DNA of 64,000 nt from positions 3,814 through 67,813 of the forward strand of contig SLHA01000132.1 in the NCBI GenBank assembly GCA_007136405.1, in the 5' to 3' direction. Below the pieces are notes generated by a model. The model made no database searches. It saw only the letters and a list, made by a program, of their open reading frames with translations, and had not been told where the DNA came from. The stretch comes from Candidatus Latescibacterota bacterium. GTDB lineage: Bacteria > Latescibacterota > UBA2968 > UBA8231. Both the position numbers and the translations under genes were made by a program. Shown piece by piece: positions 17,517 to 27,979 of this stretch. Position 1 is the first letter of the stretch, and each line of letters opens with the position of its first letter.

Positions 17517-17580
17517 CCCATGGCAATCCCGCCCCATGGCTATCCTGCACCATGGCCATCCCACCCCATGGCTGATGGAT
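17517..17580. repeat. Degenerate ~16-bp tandem repeat x4 with core CCATGGC..ATCC, 43 nt downstream of the HEXXH protease stop
   Basis: Units are cccatggcaatcccgc, cccatggctatcctgca, ccatggccatcccac and cccatggctgatggat. Confidence 0.85.
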
Positions 17581-17622
17581 GGAGCGGGGCAGGCGGTGCC
17601 CGGAACACCGGAAAGCCGGCGG

Positions 17623-19473
17623 TCACCGCGCCATACCGCGGATGATGGCCAGTTTGGCGCGGACGCGCCCCCCGTCCGCATTGAGCACCGCATGGTATAC
17701 TCCGGAGGCCACCGGCTCGCCCGCCTGGTTGGTTCCATCCCAGAGCAATGCATCCGTCCGCCCCGGACGCTCCCCCAGGTCGTGACTCCACACCAGACCG
17801 CCGACAGCGTCGTAGATGCTGAGTCTCGTGTCCCTGCTGGCTTCTGTCAGGTCGTATTGGAGAACGACCGGCGCCGACGCCGTCGGCCAGGCTGGATTGG
17901 GGTACACCCGCATATCCATGGCCAGGGGTCGCGGATCGTCTTCCAGCTCGGGATCATAGACGATATCGACAGCGTACCGGTAGCCCCGTTCGTGCCGCTC
18001 GGTTTGCGCCAGAACCAGGACCACCTCATCGTAGCGATCCCATCCCGGCACATACACGAGGTCAGTGACCACCGGTTTTATCCGGACGCTGTCGGCCGCG
18101 GCCAGCATGAGCGTCGGACGCCACAGCCCTTCGCCCAGATCCAGATCCATGACAATACCCCCAGAGGCCAACCCCGGGTCCAGCCGCAGATAGGTGGCAG
18201 CCAGACGATCCACGTAGTCTTCCCGCTGTGCGGTGGGTCGCGATGCAATCGGATCCAGGTACAGATCACGCATGCGCACCTCCGGGTATTTGTAGCCCGA
18301 GGCGTAATAACCCGGACGATGACGCACGCCGGTGAAGTAGTTCCACACGGCGAACTCCGCCATGGAAGCCGCGAGTCCACCGGGAACGTAGTCGCGCAGG
18401 ACCCGATCGAAGTGATCCATATCGGCGCTGCCCCAGCGTCCGAATTCCTCCCATATCCGCCGTAACACAGCCGCCTCGTGACGCTGGTGCAGGTAATGGG
18501 CGAACAGTGACGCGCCGTACATGTGGAAGTCTGCGGCAGACCGGCTGCCGCTGTTCAGCGCCTTTTCCGGCTGTAGCAGAAAACTGGGCAGATACTGCAG
18601 ATAGTCATCGACACCGGGATAGGCGATGGCCTCCATCCAGGTAGCTGTGGCTTCCTGCCACCATATGCCGTCACTGCCCTGGTAATATCCGAACTGGATA
18701 GCGTGATGGAATTCATGGGCGACGGTCACCCGCATGGCGTCCAGGCCGCGGCTGTGCTGGTAGATCGGAGCCAGGTAGTTGTTGTCGATGATCATGTACG
18801 ACGGACTGGTCCGGCCGCCGCGCTCCGGCCAGGTAAAGCCGTAGGCCCGTTGTGGAGCCAGATCCTGGATGTATACGTCGTATTCCGGACCGCCACCCCG
18901 CAATTCGTCGCTGGGAGGCGGCTGGTACCTCAGCGTTTCCACCTGCAGCGTCCAGGTTTCGTCCAGTGCCTGAGCCACGGCCTCCACATAGTCCGGCAAT
19001 CCGCTCTGGTTGGCATCCAGAGCGTCGACGGCATGACGGCCAGTCAGATCATAGTGTATACGAAAATGGCCGGAAGGCGTCACCACGTCGTGTTGCGTGC
19101 CGGGACGGGCCAGGATCTTGCCGAGTCGCTCGAGGCGCGCACCGGACCCAGGCTGGGCGTCGACCAGTGCCTTCACGACCCGCATCGTGCCGCACATCCG
19201 GTGCCCGGGCGGCTCCCGGTCGCCAGGCGGCACCCGGCGCCCATCACAGTCTTCCCGGGGGTCGCCCAGCAGCTCCGTGGGCCGGTGCAGTTCGCCGGCC
19301 TCACCGTCGTGATGGGTACAACTCCCGCACCGCGCCGGTGCAGGCACCAACAGCATCGCGCACAGGCATACGAACGAAATCCGGGTCAGTAATCCCATGG
19401 TCGGCTTGCGGGCATTAGATGGCTTGCAGGCGTCAGACGGCTTGCGGGCATTAGACGGCTTGCGGGCGTTCAT
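17623..19473 (-). CDS. Secreted zinc metalloprotease (HEXXH) with T9SS type-A-like C-terminal sorting domain
   Basis: HEFHHAIQ zinc motif. Signal/lipoprotein-like MGLLTRISFVCLCAMLLVPAPARCG. C-terminus VYPNPAW...LSIYDAVGGLV...WDGTNQAGEPVASGVYHAVL. The start is ambiguous: ATG 19473 makes an ATGA overlap with the upstream stop, while ATG 19398 lies directly before the hydrophobic core. Confidence 0.75.
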   Translation of the reverse strand: MNARKPSNARKPSDACKPSNARKPTMGLLTRISFVCLCAMLLVPAPARCGSCTHHDGEAGELHRPTELLGDPREDCDGRRVPPGDREPPGHRMCGTMRVVKALVDAQPGSGARLERLGKILARPGTQHDVVTPSGHFRIHYDLTGRHAVDALDANQSGLPDYVEAVAQALDETWTLQVETLRYQPPPSDELRGGGPEYDVYIQDLAPQRAYGFTWPERGGRTSPSYMIIDNNYLAPIYQHSRGLDAMRVTVAHEFHHAIQFGYYQGSDGIWWQEATATWMEAIAYPGVDDYLQYLPSFLLQPEKALNSGSRSAADFHMYGASLFAHYLHQRHEAAVLRRIWEEFGRWGSADMDHFDRVLRDYVPGGLAASMAEFAVWNYFTGVRHRPGYYASGYKYPEVRMRDLYLDPIASRPTAQREDYVDRLAATYLRLDPGLASGGIVMDLDLGEGLWRPTLMLAAADSVRIKPVVTDLVYVPGWDRYDEVVLVLAQTERHERGYRYAVDIVYDPELEDDPRPLAMDMRVYPNPAWPTASAPVVLQYDLTEASRDTRLSIYDAVGGLVWSHDLGERPGRTDALLWDGTNQAGEPVASGVYHAVLNADGGRVRAKLAIIRGMAR

Positions 19474-19474
19474 G
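19403..19474. repeat. 18-bp tandem repeat x4 (ggcttgcgggcattagac) at the M28/HEXXH gene junction; it encodes (NARKPS)n if ATG 19473 is the start
   Basis: Units at 19403-20, 19421-38, 19439-56 and 19457-74. Copies 1 and 3 differ by 1 nt. Confidence 0.95.
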
Positions 19475-21626
19475 GTCGCAGAACGGCCATGGTGCCGCGT
19501 TGCAGCCGCACATCATCCGCCGTGGAAACGACGTAGTAGTATATGCCGCCCGCCACCAGAGGCGCGTCGCGATCGTCGCTCGAACGGTTGTTGACGCCCA
19601 GCCACCAGACCTCGCCAGGCGGGGGCCCCAGCCGCCTCTGCCGCAGATCGTCCTCCTGAGCGCTCCATACCAGCTGGCCGTCCGCGGCGTACACGCGCAC
19701 CCGCGCCTTGAGCGGCAGTCCCGCAAACACCGCCAGCTGCTGGCCATCGGCATGGAAGGGATTCGGATACAGTACGATGCGATCACGCGGCTGCAGATGC
19801 AGACGCTGGTACACCCGATTGTCGCTCGTATCCGTTTCCTGGATCCGATCCTCCGGGTCCACATCCACCCGGAAAACGGTATCCCCCAGAGGTTCCCAGG
19901 GAATGGCAAGCGCGGCGGCCGCCCCTGGAGCCAGCAAACCGTCGTGTTCTCCGGACCACACCGGCGCGCAGGCCGTGGAATCCAGACGGCATACGGATAC
20001 CTCCACCCGGAAGCTCTGATCTACCGGTGCAGTTCCCAGATTGCGCACCAGCAATCTCAATCCCCCCTCGGCGGCGTGCAGGTCGCCGCCGGAAACCGCC
20101 AGATTGGGCAGATCCTCTTCCAGGACGTATTGGGCCAGGGTGGCCACCGCCAGCTGCGTGACCTTGCGCACCAGCCCCCAGTTGAGGCTGTCCGGAACAT
20201 CCTCCACGGTGTGCATCTGCCGGTTGACACGGTAAAGATTCTCGCGCACAGCATAGGTGGTCGAATCCGTGGGCAGGTAGTTTTCGATAGCCAGAATGGC
20301 ATCGTAGCCTCTGGACCAGAACGGGGCATGGTCGCTTTGCCGGGCGCCCGCATCGACGAGCTGGTCGATGCGCAGACCGACCTCGTACCGCTCACCGGCG
20401 GCGATCATCAGTTCCGACAGCCAGGCGGAGGCTGGATTGGCCACGATCTCCACCCGGTCCAACAGGTCGTTGTAACCGATCATGTCGAAATTCAGCACAC
20501 CGAGGATCCGGTCGTCCCGCGCCGCGGCGTTCATGGCGTATTCGCGGCTGCCCAGCAGCCCGATCTCCTCGCCGGAGAAAGCGATGAATCGTATGGACCA
20601 CGGCAGGCGTTGTGCCGCCAGGATGCGCGCCACTTCCAGCACCAGGGCAACGCCTGTGGCGTTGTCGTCGGCTCCGGGTGCCGGATCCGTGCGCCAGTCC
20701 CAGTCCGGCGTGTAGATGGCCGTGGCATCGTAGTGGGCACAGATCACGTAGTATCCCGCCTCTGGATCCGTACCCGCCAGCTCGCCGATGACGTTGTAGG
20801 CCCGCTTGTCGATGTCGCCCGTGCCCAGTTGGCCACGCAGATGCCCGGAAAGACGCGCCCGGGGTATGGTGAACTCTTTCACGTCGACCGCGTCCGGTCC
20901 CAGCGCCGCGGCCAGTTCGGAACGGATGTATTCCGTGGCTTCCAGCGTCTGGGGATGCACCGTGAAGCGTGTGCGCAGGTTGTCGAAGGTACTGGAAGCG
21001 GCCGGATCCAGCAGCGACAGGGTCCGTACATCCTGCCGCAGGCGTTCCTCATCCACTGCGGCCAGCAGCTCGCGCATGGCGGCGTGGCCCAGTGCCGCCA
21101 GCGGCTTGCCACGGCGTGGCGCCTCCGTCCAGCCGCGGATGCTGTGGTTGGACGGAAGCGGATACAGGAAATACGGCAGGGCGTTGGCCGGATCGTCCGG
21201 GCCCAGCCAGAGCAGTGCCCATCCGCTGGCGTCTTCGTATATGGGCGCACCGTCGTCCAGCGGCGGACCATGATCCAGGCAGGTCAGGTAATATTCGCCC
21301 TCATCGCCTCCCTCGTGCAGCAGGAATGGATGCCATCCGCGCTGCCGCACCGCCGTCAGACCGGTGTCGTCCAGTTCGACGAATACTTTGTTGTCGGTTA
21401 CCAGGCGCACATCGACGGCCTGGTGAGCAATCCACTTCAGGTCGTCGGCGCGTTCCCATGAGAGTCCCGCCAGCATCTGGCCCCAGGCGCACCTGGGCAG
21501 CAGGACCAGCAGGACGGCGAACAGCTTCAGACCAAGCCTGCGGCACCGTGCCGAACGCTGTCGTTCGGGTTCATCAGTTCGCACAGTTCGCACCAGGTCA
21601 ACTCCAACGGGGCGCTGTGTGATCAT
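19470..21626 (-). CDS. M28 family metallopeptidase with T9SS type-A-like C-terminal sorting domain
   Basis: M28 motifs ICAHYDA, GADDNATGVA and FSGEEIGLLGS. N-terminal signal-like LKLFAVLLVLLPRCAWG. C-terminus LYPNPFH...VYAADGQLV...GGIYYYVV. Confidence 0.85.
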   Translation of the reverse strand: MITQRPVGVDLVRTVRTDEPERQRSARCRRLGLKLFAVLLVLLPRCAWGQMLAGLSWERADDLKWIAHQAVDVRLVTDNKVFVELDDTGLTAVRQRGWHPFLLHEGGDEGEYYLTCLDHGPPLDDGAPIYEDASGWALLWLGPDDPANALPYFLYPLPSNHSIRGWTEAPRRGKPLAALGHAAMRELLAAVDEERLRQDVRTLSLLDPAASSTFDNLRTRFTVHPQTLEATEYIRSELAAALGPDAVDVKEFTIPRARLSGHLRGQLGTGDIDKRAYNVIGELAGTDPEAGYYVICAHYDATAIYTPDWDWRTDPAPGADDNATGVALVLEVARILAAQRLPWSIRFIAFSGEEIGLLGSREYAMNAAARDDRILGVLNFDMIGYNDLLDRVEIVANPASAWLSELMIAAGERYEVGLRIDQLVDAGARQSDHAPFWSRGYDAILAIENYLPTDSTTYAVRENLYRVNRQMHTVEDVPDSLNWGLVRKVTQLAVATLAQYVLEEDLPNLAVSGGDLHAAEGGLRLLVRNLGTAPVDQSFRVEVSVCRLDSTACAPVWSGEHDGLLAPGAAAALAIPWEPLGDTVFRVDVDPEDRIQETDTSDNRVYQRLHLQPRDRIVLYPNPFHADGQQLAVFAGLPLKARVRVYAADGQLVWSAQEDDLRQRRLGPPPGEVWWLGVNNRSSDDRDAPLVAGGIYYYVVSTADDVRLQRGTMAVLRP

Positions 21627-21900
21627 CCATCCCCCTGTTATAAAGCTCTACGCTACCTGTTTGGGTTTCATGCCCCGGGGTCGGCGAACGCCGATGGAGA
21701 ACCATGGTCATCGCTCCACCGGTTCGTTGCGGGCACCCATGAATACGACCGTCAGCGATCTTCAAGACTCGATCCGACCGCGTTACCGGCGTATGGCAGG
21801 CCCTCCGGCCGTGCATCGACCCAGACGATGCAGGCGGATCGCATGCCTCCTTGCCGGATGATTCGATACGCCGTCTCAGCGCTGCCGGCTGCGGCAACTC

Positions 21901-22737
21901 TCAGCCTGCCGTCCGCCCATCACCGCTACCCGCGCCATGACGATCCCGCCGCCAGGCCGTAACCAGGATAAAGACGCTACCCAGGAGCAGGATGATGGTG
22001 GCACCACTGGGCAAATCCAGCGTGAACGACAGCCATAACCCTGCCGTGGTCAGGACGATGGCCACCAGCGTCGACGCAACCATGAGCAGGCGAAGGTCCC
22101 CGGTAAACTGGCGGGCGATGGCTGCAGGCATGGTCAGCAGCGCTACGACCAGGATGATGCCCACCACCCGGATGGCGACGACGACGCTCAGGGCGACCAG
22201 ACAGAGTAGCAGAATACCGATGGTACGCGCCGGAATGCCGATGACGCGAGCGAAGTCCTCGTCAAAGGAGATGGCGGTGAATTCCCTGAATAGCAGCAGC
22301 ACCGTCACGACGATGATCACATCGACGACCAGCATCAGCACAAGGTCATGCCGGGGTACCGTGAGGATGCTGCCGAAAAGGTAACTCTGCAGGTCCGGCG
22401 CGTAGCCCGGGGTGAGTTGAACGAAGAGAATGCCGATGGCCATTCCCAATGTCCAGAGCACCCCGATGGCCGTGTCAGCCCCTACACGCCGGCTGCCCAG
22501 TATGCCGATGGCCACGGCTGCCAGCAAACTGAACGGCACCACGGCGAGCAACGGATTCCACCCCAGCCAATATCCCAGACCGATACCGCCGAAAGCCGCG
22601 TGGGATATGCCGCCGCTGATGAAAACGATACGCTTCACCACCACGAACGACCCCACCACGCCGCAGGCGATACTGACCAGGATCGCCGCCGCCAGTGCAT
22701 GCCGCATGAAGGCATACTGCAGGAACCCCGGCATCAT
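21901..22737 (-). CDS. Metal ABC transporter permease (ABC-3 family, ZnuB/MntB-like)
   Basis: Polytopic protein. Start [15 protein letters not shown] was chosen because it forms an ATGA overlap with the upstream ATPase stop (22734-22737). Confidence 0.85.
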   Translation of the reverse strand: MMPGFLQYAFMRHALAAAILVSIACGVVGSFVVVKRIVFISGGISHAAFGGIGLGYWLGWNPLLAVVPFSLLAAVAIGILGSRRVGADTAIGVLWTLGMAIGILFVQLTPGYAPDLQSYLFGSILTVPRHDLVLMLVVDVIIVVTVLLLFREFTAISFDEDFARVIGIPARTIGILLLCLVALSVVVAIRVVGIILVVALLTMPAAIARQFTGDLRLLMVASTLVAIVLTTAGLWLSFTLDLPSGATIILLLGSVFILVTAWRRDRHGAGSGDGRTAG

Positions 22738-23489
22738 TCGTGCTCGTGCAGGACGCGATGCGGGTGACCGTGGGCCAACAGTTCCACCGGACACTGGTAC
22801 AGGTCGTCCAGTCGGCCCAGACTGCCTTCGGCGGATCCGTGATAGTACAGCTGACGGTTGAGGCAGGCGACCGTCTTCACATGGCGCGATACCGCTCCGG
22901 TGTCGTGGGTGACCATGACGATGGCCATGCGGTCGTTCAGCACGGAAAGCAGTTCGTACAGAGACCGTTGCATGTCCGGATCCACGTTGGCCGTGGGTTC
23001 ATCCAGCAGCACAATGGGTGTTTGCCGCACCAGGGCCCTGGCAAGGAGTACGCGTTGCTGCTGTCCGCCCGAGAGCGCCCCGATCAGGCAACCCGCGTAC
23101 CCGGCCATGCCCACGAGCTCGAGCGCTTCCATGGCCGCCGTGCGGTCCTCCCGCGTATAACGCCGCAACAGGCCCCGATAGCGTCCCATCAGCACCACGT
23201 TCAGGGCGTCCACAGGGAAATCCCGGTCGAACAAAGCCTGTTGCGCCAGGTAGCCCACCGGACAAGCCCGGTCGCGCGGCGGTCGGCCACCGACCAGAAC
23301 CGAGCCGCTGTCCGGCTCATCCAGCCCCAGGATCACCCTGAGCAGCGTGGTTTTGCCGCCTCCGTTGGGACCGATGATGGCCAGGAAATCTTGCGGCGCC
23401 ACCGACAGATCGATATCCCGAAGTACCGTTACCCCGTCCCGGTAAAAACAGACCCGGTGCAACTCAACGAGGGGGCGGTCACTCGTCAT
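22734..23489 (-). CDS. Metal ABC transporter ATP-binding protein (ZnuC-like)
   Basis: Walker [10 protein letters not shown], signature [15 protein letters not shown], Walker [11 protein letters not shown]. Confidence 0.85.
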   Translation of the reverse strand: MTSDRPLVELHRVCFYRDGVTVLRDIDLSVAPQDFLAIIGPNGGGKTTLLRVILGLDEPDSGSVLVGGRPPRDRACPVGYLAQQALFDRDFPVDALNVVLMGRYRGLLRRYTREDRTAAMEALELVGMAGYAGCLIGALSGGQQQRVLLARALVRQTPIVLLDEPTANVDPDMQRSLYELLSVLNDRMAIVMVTHDTGAVSRHVKTVACLNRQLYYHGSAEGSLGRLDDLYQCPVELLAHGHPHRVLHEHE

Positions 23490-24348
23490 GCGAATCCCTC
23501 TCGCTCGAGATCAGAGCCGTGGCGAACTCCCGCATTCCCTGGAGGTAATGCCGCGGCAGCGGATCCACACTGAGAACCTGCGCACCGGTTTCGGCCGCCA
23601 GTGCCCGGGCGCTGCGCTGATCGAACTGCGGAGAGACGAATACAGCGCCGATGCGCGTTTCCTGCATGGCCTGGACCACCCGGGCGAGGCGTTGGGCCGT
23701 AGGCTCCTTGCCTTCGTGCTCGACGGTCAGTTGTTCCAGCCCGTAATCGCGCGCAAAGTAGCCCCACGCCGGATGATAGACCATGAATCGCCGGATGTTC
23801 GCCTCCTGCAGCGAGCGCCGGATAACGGCGTCGAGTTCGGCCAGGTCTGCCGCGTATTGCTCATAGCCAAGCCGATAATGCGCGGCATGCTCCGGATCGA
23901 TCCGGCTCAGTCCTTCCCTGATGCGGTCGGCCATGTGGCGTGCCAACAAGGGTGACAGCCATATGTGCGGATCACCTTCCACGAGGTCGATTCCCGCCGC
24001 GCAGTCCACCACATGCATGCCCGGATTCACCGCACGGATCCGGTCCATCCAGGCGCGTTCGAAGGCGATTCCCGACCCCACCCTGGCGTAGAGATGCGCC
24101 CCTTCCAGCAGCACCAGCTGCTGGGGCGCCGGTTCATGCGTATGGGGCTCCGCCCCGACCGGCACCATGATGTTCACCTGCACCCGGGTACCGCCGACGC
24201 GCTCGACGAATTCCGCCTGAGGTGGAATGGTGACGAAGACCGACAGCCGGTCTGCGACGGGTTGCCGCTCCGGTGAGCCGCAGCCCCACAGCCCAGACAG
24301 CAGGCACACGAACAACAGCTGAAACGATGGACGCCAACGCATCGGCAT
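23479..24348 (-). CDS. Metal ABC transporter substrate-binding protein (cluster A-I, ZnuA/TroA-like)
   Basis: Signal peptide with a Cys (LSGLWGCGS). GAEPHTHEP and DPHIWLSP are metal-ligand motifs. Overlaps the ATPase start by 11 nt. Zn versus Mn specificity cannot be decided from the sequence. Confidence 0.85.
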   Translation of the reverse strand: MPMRWRPSFQLLFVCLLSGLWGCGSPERQPVADRLSVFVTIPPQAEFVERVGGTRVQVNIMVPVGAEPHTHEPAPQQLVLLEGAHLYARVGSGIAFERAWMDRIRAVNPGMHVVDCAAGIDLVEGDPHIWLSPLLARHMADRIREGLSRIDPEHAAHYRLGYEQYAADLAELDAVIRRSLQEANIRRFMVYHPAWGYFARDYGLEQLTVEHEGKEPTAQRLARVVQAMQETRIGAVFVSPQFDQRSARALAAETGAQVLSVDPLPRHYLQGMREFATALISSERDSHDE

Positions 24349-24498
24349 ACCCGGGTTACAGGGAACGATGGTCCCTCATGTTGGTTGCGGGGCGGCAAAA
24401 AAACGAATGCGCAATCTACTTCCCGGTTTATCATACTTATCCGGCGTTCATCCCGCAACCGGGCGCAGGAGACTGTGCCGCCAGGCGGACCTTGCCCA

Positions 24499-26016
24499 TC
24501 AGGCCAGGCGCGGGTGCGCCGTGGTTCCGGCTGGAGTGGTACGGACCTCGTAGCCGGCATCGATCAGCTGCTGGCGCAGGGCATCCGCCCTGGTGTAGTC
24601 CCGGGCGGTCCGGGCCTCATCCAGTTGCCGGCAGAGTCCGGCCACTTCGTCGGACCCCTCTTCCGTCTGCCTGGTTCCGGCCCCCTTCTCCTGTAGAGCG
24701 GCCAGATACAGCACATCGTCCACAAAGCGAAAAACGCCCAGGGCCGTGGAGGCCTTCTCACGGCAGTTCGCCATCCAGGGCAGGACCTCCGCCAGCGCCC
24801 CGCTGATGTTGAGATCGTCGGCCAGGGCCGCCATGAATCTTTGCACCACCGGATGATCGTCCGGCGGTTGGCTGTTGCCGTTGGCCTCCTGCTCCAGCCG
24901 TCGTCCGAATTCGGTCCAGCGCCGCACCGTCTGAGCCGAATCCCGCAGCCCCTTGGCGGTGAAGTTCATGTGCGACCGATAGTGCGACTTGATCAGTTCC
25001 AGACGCAATACCGCCGGATGCACGGGAGTGCCGGTCACCTTGCCGGCGAACACGTCCCGTGCCGTGTGGAAATTGCCCATGCTCTTGGACATCTTTTCAC
25101 CTTCGACCTGCAGGAAGCGAGCATGCATCCAGAAGCGGGCGAAATACGGCGCCCCGGTCACCCCTCTGGACTGGGCGATCTCGCACTCGTGATGGGGGAA
25201 GATATTGTCCTCTCCGCCGGTATGGATGTCGATGACGTCTTTCTGGAGAAGCGCCATCGCCATGGCCGAGCACTCCAGGTGCCATCCCGGATACCCCTCG
25301 CCCCAGGGCGAGTCCCATTTCATGATGTGGTTTGCATCCGGCTTCCATAACAGGAAATCCGCGGGGTGCCGCTTGCTGTTCTGGTCGGCTTCGGTTACCC
25401 GCCCGCCGGAGCCGCTGCGCAGATGGTCCAGCGTATTGCCGCTCAGCCGACCGTAATCGGGGAAACTCTCCACGCTGTAGTACACCACCCCGTCACTGGC
25501 AACGTAGGCATGCCCGTTATCGATCAGACGCCGGACGATGTCCTGCATGGCCGGCACGTACTGAGAAGCAAAGGGCATGTGCGCCGGGTATTCATCGGCC
25601 ACGGCCAGGCCCAGAGCCCGGGCATCCGTTAGGAAAGCATCGGTATAATAGCGGGCCACCTGATAGGGATCGTCAGGATCGTCCACTGCCGCCGCATCTG
25701 GACGGCCCGCTTTTTTCGCCTCGCGCAGTCGCCGTGCCGAAACCTCCATCTTGTCTTCGCCGCCGCCGTCGGCCAGATCATCCTCCGTCATGTGCCCAAC
25801 GTCGGTGATGTTCATCACCTGCTCTACCTCCCAGCCAGCAGCCTCCAGGAAGCGGCGCAGGAGATCGGCAAACAGAAAAGTCCGAAAATTGCCGATGTGG
25901 GCGAAGTCATAGACGGTGGGCCCGCAACTGTACATCGTGACCTGATCCGCTTCCTGCGTCGCGAACGGCTCCACATCATGCAACAGCGTATTGTAGAAAC
26001 GTATCTCCGTCTTCAT
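24499..26016 (-). CDS. cysS: Cysteine--tRNA ligase
   Basis: HIGH-type motif FAHIGNFR and KMSKS are present, and the domain order is typical. Start set at [11 protein letters not shown] (ATG 26016). The upstream 51 codons of the track ORF are not protein-like. Confidence 0.9.
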   Translation of the reverse strand: MKTEIRFYNTLLHDVEPFATQEADQVTMYSCGPTVYDFAHIGNFRTFLFADLLRRFLEAAGWEVEQVMNITDVGHMTEDDLADGGGEDKMEVSARRLREAKKAGRPDAAAVDDPDDPYQVARYYTDAFLTDARALGLAVADEYPAHMPFASQYVPAMQDIVRRLIDNGHAYVASDGVVYYSVESFPDYGRLSGNTLDHLRSGSGGRVTEADQNSKRHPADFLLWKPDANHIMKWDSPWGEGYPGWHLECSAMAMALLQKDVIDIHTGGEDNIFPHHECEIAQSRGVTGAPYFARFWMHARFLQVEGEKMSKSMGNFHTARDVFAGKVTGTPVHPAVLRLELIKSHYRSHMNFTAKGLRDSAQTVRRWTEFGRRLEQEANGNSQPPDDHPVVQRFMAALADDLNISGALAEVLPWMANCREKASTALGVFRFVDDVLYLAALQEKGAGTRQTEEGSDEVAGLCRQLDEARTARDYTRADALRQQLIDAGYEVRTTPAGTTAHPRLA

Positions 26017-26037
26017 GAGCTGGCTCGATCCATGGAT

Positions 26038-26057
26038 AAAGCGCCGGTCAGGCGCTT
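26038..26057 (-). terminator. Possible intrinsic terminator or hairpin between the glutaminyl cyclase gene and cysS
   Basis: On the minus strand, AAGCGCC-tgacc-GGCGCTT followed by TAT. The stem is 7 bp and the U-tract is short. Confidence 0.3.
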
Positions 26058-26152
26058 GCCGCGGTAACAGCCCGCGGCAGACAACAGGGCATTCAGGGCA
26101 ACAGGGATATGGTGGTTTGACCGCAGGACCGAATCCCCTGGCCCGTTCCGCC

Positions 26153-27016
26153 TCATTCACGCGGAACAAGCTCGATCTGGAACAATTTCGGCCACAGCTT
26201 TCCGGTCACGAAAAGCCTTTGTCCGCGGGTGTCGTAGGCAATGCCATTGAGCACGTCCACAGGTTGTTCGCGGTCTTCGGGAGGAAGCAGACCGGTCAGA
26301 TCGATCCAGCCGGTCACCGTACCGCTGTACGGACAGATACGGGCGATGCGATCGGTCTTCCAGACATTGGCCATGATTTCGCCGGCGACCCATTCCAACT
26401 CGTTCAGCTTCTCTACCGGCCCCCGATGGTCACGCACGGTGACGGTGCGCTGCACCTCCAGAGACTCCGGATCGAGGAAATACAGGGTAGGCGTACCATC
26501 ACTGGCAATCAACTGGGAGCCGTCGTGGGTCAAACCCCAGCCTTCGCGCGGTATGGCGAAGGTGTCCAGGCGCGCGAAGGTGTTCAGATCATACAGGAAC
26601 GCCACCTGGTTGCGCCAGGTCAGCTGATACAGACGCTGCCCCAGCACGGCTATTCCCTCACCGAAGTAATAATCCGGCAAGTCCTTGGACTGCAGCACCG
26701 CACCCGTTTCCAGCTCCACCCGGCGAATGCCCGAGCGGCCGTACAGTCCGGTACTCTCATACAAGTATCCGGCAACGTAAGTCAAGCCCTGGGTAAAGGC
26801 CTCCGGATCGTGCGGGTAGGTGGCCAGCACCCGGTAGTCGTAATACGAGGGCTCGGGTATACCGGGCAGCTCCGCAACGGACAGCTGGGAGAGTTCCGGG
26901 CTGGAATCGGAGCGGCCGCATGCCGGCATGCATGCCAGAAACGCTCCCAGACATACCCACCAAACAGGCCTGCATGGTATCGCCCTCGTGGTGCACAAGC
27001 TTGTTGGGCGTCGCAT
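26153..27016 (-). CDS. Glutaminyl-peptide cyclotransferase (plant/bacterial beta-propeller type), lipoprotein-like
   Basis: [12 protein letters not shown]...[20 protein letters not shown]...[12 protein letters not shown]...GWGLTHDG matches the beta-propeller QC family. The N-terminus carries a hydrophobic segment and LACMPAC. Confidence 0.85.
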   Translation of the reverse strand: MRRPTSLCTTRAIPCRPVWWVCLGAFLACMPACGRSDSSPELSQLSVAELPGIPEPSYYDYRVLATYPHDPEAFTQGLTYVAGYLYESTGLYGRSGIRRVELETGAVLQSKDLPDYYFGEGIAVLGQRLYQLTWRNQVAFLYDLNTFARLDTFAIPREGWGLTHDGSQLIASDGTPTLYFLDPESLEVQRTVTVRDHRGPVEKLNELEWVAGEIMANVWKTDRIARICPYSGTVTGWIDLTGLLPPEDREQPVDVLNGIAYDTRGQRLFVTGKLWPKLFQIELVPRE

Positions 27017-27292
27017 AGTTGGTTATCGTCTTGGTTGAGTGATCGATTGAAACCGTCAGGCTCCCGGGAGTGCCGCTCCTGAAGATACTGGTAATCGAAC
27101 CTGACCCCAAGATCGGCAAGCTGGTGGCGGAACCGTTTTGCGACAGAGGCCGCCACATCGTCCAGGCGGTAACGGTGCCGAGGGAGCCCTGGATCTCTGC
27201 CCACAGCCGGTTGTTTTCCTCCTGAGAGACAACCCCGTTCCCCCGGCTCACGGACCGTCATCCGCACCCTGTCCCGGAGATAGACGACGGCT

Positions 27293-27979
27293 ATGCTTCG
27301 ACGCCAGCGCATGCTGATCATAGTGCTCACAGGCAGCATCGCGCTTGTTCCTCTGAGGCTGTCGCCGGGTCACGTGGCCATGTCGCCCCCTGCCGCGGCG
27401 GCTCAGGTTCTCCAGGCATCGGCAGAAGACGCAGCGGACGCAGAGCCCGACACCCCTCCCGCGGCGCGCCTGTTCGTTACCTCCGGTGTGGGCTTCATCG
27501 ACACGGAACACTATGTGGGTGCCAATGTACCGCTGGGATTCCACCTGCTGCTGAACCGGTATCGCCTTCTGCTTGGCGCACGATTTCTGGACATCGCCAT
27601 GACGGAAGGGGAACGCGATGACAGGTATTACTGGTTCCGGCCGTACCCGGGCTATACCTACTCCATCTGTGTGGATGCCGAAACCGGATACCGTGTTGCG
27701 GATTTCTATTGCACGGGCGGCACCCGGTTTTCGGTCTCGTCCAGCGCCGATCTCAGCTACATCCTTTTGCGTGAGGTCTGGTTCTCCGACCAGCCAGGTC
27801 AGGTGACCGTCGGTGCGGGGTTCCGGTACGACAAACCGCGGACTCCGTATCTGACGCTCGGGGTTTACTTTCCCCACCGGTCCACCCGGCTGGCCGGCGC
27901 CCGGCTCGATCTGGGATCCAATCTCATCCACCTGGGCATGGTCTGGGGACTGGATGTGATTCGCGTCGTGCGCCGCTGA
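27293..27979 (+). CDS. Hypothetical secreted protein, possibly an outer-membrane beta-barrel
   Basis: 228 aa. Signal-like N-terminus, and alternating aromatic/hydrophobic beta-strand-like composition ending in a hydrophobic/aromatic stretch. Preferred over the overlapping minus-strand ORF 27248..28312, whose translation is not protein-like. Confidence 0.5.
   Translation: MLRRQRMLIIVLTGSIALVPLRLSPGHVAMSPPAAAAQVLQASAEDAADAEPDTPPAARLFVTSGVGFIDTEHYVGANVPLGFHLLLNRYRLLLGARFLDIAMTEGERDDRYYWFRPYPGYTYSICVDAETGYRVADFYCTGGTRFSVSSSADLSYILLREVWFSDQPGQVTVGAGFRYDKPRTPYLTLGVYFPHRSTRLAGARLDLGSNLIHLGMVWGLDVIRVVRR

Noticed and set aside
24380-24445. Intrinsic terminator (stem plus A-run) after cysS, and a Zur-box-like AT island upstream of the ZnuA-like gene
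   Set aside because: The 4-bp stem is followed by A's on the plus strand. On the minus strand the T-run therefore precedes the stem, which is the wrong order for a terminator. The CCGG-TTTATCATACTTAT-CCGG segment is only 7/11 palindromic and matches no Zur consensus I know. It may be just the promoter AT island.
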